Shown: in pieces, positions 58,199 through 64,000 of the stretch | How the letters are laid out: each line of letters begins with the position of its first letter | Position numbering within the stretch: position 1 is the stretch's first letter | NCBI GenBank assembly: GCA_028717685.1 | Contig: JAQUNI010000004.1 | Location: 8,599 to 72,598 of the forward strand | Reading direction: 5' to 3' | Source of the DNA: Patescibacteria group bacterium | GTDB taxonomy: Bacteria; Patescibacteriota; JAQUNI01 | Length of the DNA stretch: 64,000 nt | Notes under the pieces: generated by a model | Seen by the model: only the letters and a program-made list of their open reading frames with translations | Told to the model about the DNA's origin: nothing | Databases searched by the model: none | Program-made: the position numbers and the translations under genes

Positions 58199-58272
58199 TG
58201 GAGCGGAGTACGGGAGTCGAACCCGTCTTTCAACCTTGGGAAGGTTACGTTGAGCCGCTCAACTAACTCCGC
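58199..58272 (-). tRNA. tRNA-Gly(CCC)
   Basis: GCGGAGT/ACTCCGC acceptor, TAACC-TTCCCAA-GGTTG anticodon arm, encoded CCA. Confidence 0.92.
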
Positions 58273-58296
58273 AAAATTGATATGGAACTTCGGGAA

Positions 58297-58451
58297 GTCC
58301 CGAAAAATTCAAAATCTTTGATTTTGCAAATTTTTCGCGATCCCGTTATGTCCAAGTGGTTGAGGAAATTAAATAGCTTCTAAACTGATAGATTTTGAAT
58401 TCACGGGATCCTCGAAAATGTTACCAAGTAAAACTTGGACATTTTTGGGAC
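58297..58451. repeat. inverted pair of GTCCC..hairpin..GATCCCGT modules
   Basis: 58297-58346 and 58403-58451 are inverted, diverged copies. Confidence 0.75.
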
Positions 58452-58479
58452 AAGTGCACTACCACTGTGCTACTCTCGC
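58451..58479 (-). pseudogene. 5' half of a tRNA (Gly-like) truncated in the anticodon stem
   Basis: GCGAGAG-TA-GCAC-AGTGGTA-GTGC-A-CTTG followed by a repeat element; no T-arm downstream. Confidence 0.65.
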
Positions 58480-58584
58480 AATATGTCATCATATCCCTAT
58501 TGATGATTAAATTTGTGCGCCAAAAACTTAATCAACCCATCCGCTGGAGCGAGATTAATATTGATTTTTAAAATTATTGAAATA

Positions 58585-59658
58585 TTATTCAGTGCTGCCT
58601 AAGTCAATAAACTTATAAATCTTCATTTTTGCCTTTTGTTCTTCCAGCCATTTTTGGAACCATTCTGTGGGGTCAACGGTGCGGATAAGGATATGACGGG
58701 CATGAACTTGTTCTTCGCCAGTATCTAATTTGCCTTTATCTTCCACTTTAATGATATGATAGCCATATTCTGTCTGGATTAAATCACTTATTTCCCCTTT
58801 ATTCAACGCAAAGGCGGCATCTTCAAAAGCGGGCATCATTGCGCCGCGACCAAACGTTCCTAAATCCCCGCCTTGTTCGCTGCTAGAAGGATCTTCGGAA
58901 TATTCACGCGCTAAATCTTCAAAATTAGCGCCTTTCGCTTTTACTTTGGCTAGGACTTCTAGGGCTTTTTTTTGGACTTCCTCATTTTCTTGATCGGCGT
59001 TAAACACATTCTCCAATAATTTTGTCTGTTCCAAATACGGCACGATTACCTGCTGTTTAAAGTCATCCATACTCCACCCATACATTTCCTGAACCATTTT
59101 TGCGATTTCATCCGAACCACCAAAAGTGGTCTCTGCTTGTTTTAACTCCGCTTCTATATCTTTGTCCTCAATGACAATATTTTTGTCTCGCGCCAGGTCG
59201 GAAACAATCTTGTCCATAATCATTTTCTCTAAAACCGCGCTTTGCAAACTCTTTAATTGTTCCTGACCATCGGAGGTAGTGAAGTCCATTCCTTCCTTTT
59301 CATAATACTTTTTTAAAGCCTCCACATTTGACTCCCAATTTTTAATTGGAATAAAGCGGAAGGCAAAAATTCCTTGCGGATTTAAGAAGTTATACTGTTC
59401 AATGTTGGTGGCGGCGATAGGAAAAGGAAAATTACCAATCGCCGCGCTTAAAATTTTCTGTTGCCAACCATCTTTATTCACGGAAAGTCCTTCGGATTGC
59501 CAAGGATATTTATAGACGCCCAATCCCAGGACAACCAAAGAACCCAAGACTAAAATAATGAGACCGCCGCCTGTTATCCATAAAAAAAACTTTTTACCAT
59601 ATTGCGTTTTCTTTTTTATATCCTCCGCGGGTTCATTTTTCTGTTTTTCTTCTTGCAT
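58585..59658 (-). CDS. prsA: PrsA/SurA-like peptidyl-prolyl isomerase
   Basis: TM anchor, FEDLAREYSED, GGDLG, FEDAAF, YGYHIIK; start at MQEE. Confidence 0.88.
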   Translation of the reverse strand: MQEEKQKNEPAEDIKKKTQYGKKFFLWITGGGLIILVLGSLVVLGLGVYKYPWQSEGLSVNKDGWQQKILSAAIGNFPFPIAATNIEQYNFLNPQGIFAFRFIPIKNWESNVEALKKYYEKEGMDFTTSDGQEQLKSLQSAVLEKMIMDKIVSDLARDKNIVIEDKDIEAELKQAETTFGGSDEIAKMVQEMYGWSMDDFKQQVIVPYLEQTKLLENVFNADQENEEVQKKALEVLAKVKAKGANFEDLAREYSEDPSSSEQGGDLGTFGRGAMMPAFEDAAFALNKGEISDLIQTEYGYHIIKVEDKGKLDTGEEQVHARHILIRTVDPTEWFQKWLEEQKAKMKIYKFIDLGSTE

Positions 59659-59719
59659 TTTGAGTGTGTAGCGAATTGCCTTCCTTAATTTACAAAGCAA
59701 GGAACGCGAATTCGCAAAG

Positions 59720-60151
59720 TTATTGATTAGAAAAAAAATAATACCACCATTTGCGGGGATTGTCCCTGCCTGCGTCCACTTTCTCGCCAGTGGAATTTTG
59801 CTGGATATCATTCGTTCCTAAAATCGTCGCATCCTCTGTTTTCTTTTTGACAGGAATGGCGACCACTGTTTCTCCCTCTCTTTGCAAATTTAGTTTCTGG
59901 CGGGCCATTTTTTCCTTAAAGGCATCGGTGGAAAAATAGCCGATTAACCCCGATAATTCTTTGTTTTTGCCTTCAGCCTTTTCAATTTCTTGACGGATTG
60001 CTTGAATTTCCTGCTGAATAGCGTGGCGGCGATAGATCGCCTTGCCCAGGGCGATGGAAATAAAGATTAATAAAATCAAACTGCCTACTAAAATCAGCTT
60101 GGAACTCAAAATTCTCTTCAATGTGGTGACTTGTTTATCGTGATGTTTCAC
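59720..60151 (-). CDS. septum formation initiator (FtsB/DivIC)
   Basis: TM plus coiled coil, EKMARQKLNL..EGE, NPRKWW.YFF. Confidence 0.85.
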   Translation of the reverse strand: MKHHDKQVTTLKRILSSKLILVGSLILLIFISIALGKAIYRRHAIQQEIQAIRQEIEKAEGKNKELSGLIGYFSTDAFKEKMARQKLNLQREGETVVAIPVKKKTEDATILGTNDIQQNSTGEKVDAGRDNPRKWWYYFFSNQ

Positions 60152-60159
60152 ATTAGAAC

Positions 60160-60261
60160 TTAAAATCTCAAATAAGGTAGAACGTAAAATGCAACCATTG
60201 ATAGGCTGACAATCACAACAATAATGGTGGCTAAAATTCTTTTTTTACCTTTTAAACGCAT
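60160..60261 (-). CDS. 33-aa single-pass membrane peptide
   Basis: MRLKGKKRILATIIVVIVSLSMVAFYVLPYLRF*, located between lepA and the ftsB-like gene. Confidence 0.55.
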   Translation of the reverse strand: MRLKGKKRILATIIVVIVSLSMVAFYVLPYLRF

Positions 60262-60304
60262 AGAATTCAAGTAAAAGGTTAAAAGTTAAATCTGATAGAT
60301 CAAG

Positions 60305-62098
60305 TTATTCTCTTTTTAGTATAGCTAAAAAGGCTTCGGAAGGCAACTCTATCCGTCCAATTTTTTTCATTTTTTTCTTGCCTTTTTTTTGTTTTTCCAG
60401 AAGTTTATCTTTACGCGTGCGGTCACCGCCATAAAGCTTTGCGGTAACATCTTTACGAAAAGCGCCTAATGTCTCGCGGGCGATAATTTTACCGCCGATT
60501 GCCGCCTGAATTGCCACTTCAAACATTTGGCGGGGAATGATTTTTTTTAATCTCCCTGTCATCGCGCGACCAATGCCGAAAGCCTCATCCGGATATACGA
60601 GCATGGAGAGAGCGTCGATTTTGTCTCCGGCGATTAAAAAATCCAAAAGGATAATTTCTGTTTTTTGATAACCGGCTAATTTATAACTTAAAGAGGCGTA
60701 GCCTGAAGAAACGCTTTTGAGGTTATCATAAAAATCCAAAATAATTTTGACCAGCGGAATTTTATAGGTTAAAACCGTAATGCCAGACGTTAAATACTGC
60801 TGATTAAGATATTCCCCCTTCCGTTTTTGCACCAACTCCATCACCTGCCCCAGGTATTGAACAGGTGTAATAATGTCCATTGCGACGTATGGCTCTTCAA
60901 TATAGTCAATTTCTGATAGCGGGGGCAATTCCGCGGGGTTATTTAAAAACGTCATTTCTCCGCTCCTTGGATAGATTTTGTAATTTACGGTCGGCGCCGT
61001 CAGAACTAAATTAACATTATACTCTCTTTCCAAACGTTCGCGGATAATGTCCATATGCAGAAGGCCTAAAAATCCGCAGCGAAAACCGAAACCCAAAGCT
61101 TGCGAGGAAACCGGTTCATAAGAGAGCGAAGCGTCGTTTAATTTTAATTTACCAAGAGCGGCTTTTAATTTATTGTATTCGTTGCTGTCCACGCAAAAGA
61201 TCTGGCTAAACACCATTGGTGTAATTTCCTTATAGCCGGGCAAGGGAGTGATTCCTAATTCCTGATTCATGCTTACTAATTCCGTTATAGTATCGCCAAC
61301 GCGGCACCTCGCCACCTCTTTTAACCCTGTGGCAATATAACCTACTTCACCCGCTTGCAATTTTTCAGTTTTTTTTCTCCCTGGAATAAAGTAACCAATT
61401 TCTAACGCTTCCGCTTGCGTCTCGGTGCCGATTATTTTTATTTTTGCCTCGTGGGTGATTTCTCCATCCACAATTCTTACCATGGCCACCACGCCTTGAT
61501 AGGTATTATAGAAAGAATCGAAAATTAAAGCGCGTAATGTCAGTTGGGGGTTCCCTGATGGCGCGGGGACAATGTTAATAACCTTGTCTAAGATATCCGC
61601 TACTCCCTCTCCTGTTTTGCCAGAGGCTAGCAGAATTTCCTCGGTTGATATCCGCAATAGACCTGCTAAATCTTGGCGCACTTTTTCCGTTTCGGCATTT
61701 ACCAAGTCAATTTTATTTACAACAGGGACAATTTTTAAATTCTGTTCGCGCGCTAAATTATAATTTGCCAAAGTCTGCGCCTGAATCCCTTGAGTCGCGT
61801 CCACAAGTAAAATCGCGCCTTCGCAAGCGGCAAGACTGCGTGAAACTTCATAAGTAAAATCAACATGGCCGGGCGTGTCAATTAAGTTCAAAATATGACC
61901 CTTCCACTCCATGCGCACAGGCTGCAATTTAATCGTAATCCCCCTTTCCCGCTCCAGATCCATAGTGTCCAGGGTTTGTTCTTTTAATTTTCGTTTTTCC
62001 ACTGTGCCGGTTAATTCCAAAAAACGGTCAGCGAGCGTGGATTTGCCGTGATCAATATGGGCGATAATGCAAAAGTTGCGGATTTCGCTTTGATTCAT
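60305..62098 (-). CDS. lepA: elongation factor 4
   Basis: IRNFCIIAHIDHGKSTL, DTPGHVDF, GFLGLLH, KLYGGD.TRK; start at MNQS. Confidence 0.97.
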   Translation of the reverse strand: MNQSEIRNFCIIAHIDHGKSTLADRFLELTGTVEKRKLKEQTLDTMDLERERGITIKLQPVRMEWKGHILNLIDTPGHVDFTYEVSRSLAACEGAILLVDATQGIQAQTLANYNLAREQNLKIVPVVNKIDLVNAETEKVRQDLAGLLRISTEEILLASGKTGEGVADILDKVINIVPAPSGNPQLTLRALIFDSFYNTYQGVVAMVRIVDGEITHEAKIKIIGTETQAEALEIGYFIPGRKKTEKLQAGEVGYIATGLKEVARCRVGDTITELVSMNQELGITPLPGYKEITPMVFSQIFCVDSNEYNKLKAALGKLKLNDASLSYEPVSSQALGFGFRCGFLGLLHMDIIRERLEREYNVNLVLTAPTVNYKIYPRSGEMTFLNNPAELPPLSEIDYIEEPYVAMDIITPVQYLGQVMELVQKRKGEYLNQQYLTSGITVLTYKIPLVKIILDFYDNLKSVSSGYASLSYKLAGYQKTEIILLDFLIAGDKIDALSMLVYPDEAFGIGRAMTGRLKKIIPRQMFEVAIQAAIGGKIIARETLGAFRKDVTAKLYGGDRTRKDKLLEKQKKGKKKMKKIGRIELPSEAFLAILKRE

Positions 62099-62197
62099 AT
62101 CTCTCGGGCTTAACGGAATATTATAAATAATAAAAAAAGAGTATGAACTGCCCTTTCGCCGCAATATCTAAACAAGCAAAAACGAATAGGACAAACT

Positions 62198-62998
62198 TTA
62201 TTTGTGCAGCATTATCCCTTCGCGGTCAAATTTTTCCTTAACATTTTTCAGCGCTAAAGATTTAACCGAAAGGATTTCGCCTTCCTCTTGCCAATGCGTC
62301 CACCAAAAAAAGAATCTAAGCGCGATATATCCCCTTTCAATTTTATTGATCCAAACTTGAGGCGCTGGCTTCTCTAAAATTCCCGGAGTTTGGATAAGAG
62401 CCTCTATCCCTTTTTCTATCGCCCTTTTAATACTGTTATCGTCCTTGATACAGAAAATAAAATCACTTCTCCTTTTTGGAAAAGAGGTAGTGCAAACAAT
62501 GATTTGGTTTGAAATTATTTGATTGGGAATAAGGACATCATTGCCATCAAAAGTGCGCAAGACGGTATAACGGGCTTTGATTTCCTTGACCTTGCCGGAA
62601 TAACGATCCACCCGAATCTGGTCTCCAACTCGAAACGGCTTTTGGATTAAAATCATCGCTCCGCCCACGAAATTTTTGATCACATCCTGAAGCGCGAAAC
62701 CTACCACTAAACCAGTTAAACCAACACCGGTAATCAGAGCCGTCAGATTAATTCCCAAGATGCCTAGCGCTATCACTACCCCCATAGCGATGACGAGCAA
62801 GTTAGCAATATAACCTATGAGAAATTTTTCTTGAGTTTGCAATTTGATTTTATTCCCCAGACGATTAAAAAAAGAGCGGGTGATTTTCGCAATAACCACA
62901 AAAATCAAAAAGACCAAAAGGGCAATAATGAGAATCGGCATTTTATAGAGAGTAATTTGCCAATAGTTATCAAAGGCTCTGCTGATTTGGTCTAACAT
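62198..62998 (-). CDS. mscS: small-conductance mechanosensitive channel
   Basis: GFALQD..KNF.GG, PFRVGD, IPN. Confidence 0.9.
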   Translation of the reverse strand: MLDQISRAFDNYWQITLYKMPILIIALLVFLIFVVIAKITRSFFNRLGNKIKLQTQEKFLIGYIANLLVIAMGVVIALGILGINLTALITGVGLTGLVVGFALQDVIKNFVGGAMILIQKPFRVGDQIRVDRYSGKVKEIKARYTVLRTFDGNDVLIPNQIISNQIIVCTTSFPKRRSDFIFCIKDDNSIKRAIEKGIEALIQTPGILEKPAPQVWINKIERGYIALRFFFWWTHWQEEGEILSVKSLALKNVKEKFDREGIMLHK

Positions 62999-64000
62999 TT
63001 ATTTTCTTAATTTTTTCAAGAATTAACTTAATTTCTGCACATTTTAGAAGTAAAGTCAAGAAAAAATAGGTCGCTGTGCCAATGATCGTCGCGCCCATAG
63101 CTTGCACCAAAACGCCCCAAAATCTATGCATATCCACAAGAGGCGCGATTAAGTATAAAGAGCCATAAACCGCGCCACCCATCAGAATAGTCGCCAAAAT
63201 AACTTTTAAACCGCATTTGATAATTTTAGTATCGTCTAAATTTTCTAATTTCAACCTTAAGATGATCAAGAGAGCCAACATATCCATAAAACTCGCAATG
63301 GAAAAAGCTAAGGAGAGCCCAGCGACGCCTATTCTTTTGGATAAAAATACGCTCAAGACGATGTTGATTAAAAGTGAAATTACGCTTACGATGACTGGCG
63401 TTTTAGTGTCTTTTAAAGCAAAAAAGGCGCGAGCAAGAAGAAGGATTAAACTCTGGGCAAAAATCGAAATGGAAAAGAATCCTAAAGTAGCCGCCGTCCT
63501 TATAGTGCTAGACCAATCAAATTCACCCGTGCCTAAAACTAAACGCACAATTTGGGCGCGTAAAAGGAGAAAAATAACGCTCACTGGAACGGTTAAATAA
63601 ATAATCTGGCAAAAAGAACGAGACAATGTTTGAATAAATTGTTTTTTCCCCTGACCATTGCTAAAAGAAGCTAGGTCAGGAAAAGTGGCGGTCGCGATAG
63701 AGACGCCGAATAAACTGATGGGTAAAAATTGAAGATTATTAGCAAAATAATACACAGACACAGCGCCAACTCCTAAAGTAAAGGCAATAATTTTATTAAT
63801 CCAAAAACCCGCCTGTTGAGCCACTAAACCGAAGGTGCGCGGGATCGCCAGCTTTATCACTCTTCTTACCTCCATAGAAAACCCCCATTTTGGTTTGAAA
63901 CGGAACCCGGCAGTAGCCAAGGAAGGCAATTGAATTGCCAAATGGAGAAAAGAACCCGCAAGGACACCGAAAGCCACGCCGTAGATTCCCCAAAAGGGAG
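62970..64000 (-). CDS. murJ: lipid II flippase MurJ (5' end outside the window)
   Basis: P.SLFGVSIATATFP, RAFFALKDTKTP; frame open to the window edge. Confidence 0.92.
   Translation of the reverse strand, partial: PFWGIYGVAFGVLAGSFLHLAIQLPSLATAGFRFKPKWGFSMEVRRVIKLAIPRTFGLVAQQAGFWINKIIAFTLGVGAVSVYYFANNLQFLPISLFGVSIATATFPDLASFSNGQGKKQFIQTLSRSFCQIIYLTVPVSVIFLLLRAQIVRLVLGTGEFDWSSTIRTAATLGFFSISIFAQSLILLLARAFFALKDTKTPVIVSVISLLINIVLSVFLSKRIGVAGLSLAFSIASFMDMLALLIILRLKLENLDDTKIIKCGLKVILATILMGGAVYGSLYLIAPLVDMHRFWGVLVQAMGATIIGTATYFFLTLLLKCAEIKLILEKIKKINVRPNQQSL

Overview
AT-rich bacterial chromosome segment, mostly minus-strand genes. The gene content (GspG-like pilins, ftsEX-prfB, lepA, murJ, rarA, EndoQ, many GT-C/GT2 enzymes, few Shine-Dalgarno sites) and repeat types suggest a Patescibacteria/CPR (Parcubacteria-like) genome; this assignment is inference. 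Contents: about 70 CDS, three intact tRNAs (Gln-CTG, Thr-CGT, Gly-CCC) and one interrupted tRNA half. Two pyrimidine fusion genes (pyrK-pyrD, pyrE-pyrF) and two divergent FGGY sugar kinases are present. A defence island beside tRNA-Gln carries a RadC-MTase fusion, an AlwI-family REase, a second MTase, a DpnI-like nuclease and a HEPN-like ORF. Other notable items: an orphan DGR-type target gene, an unannotated metallothionein-like ORF, and a dense set of short palindromic and heptameric repeats. These repeats nest inside each other, insert in frame into proteins, and bracket a small GIY-YIG gene duplicated into the tRNA-Gln 3' end. No CRISPR array, rRNA, integrase or reverse transcriptase was seen.
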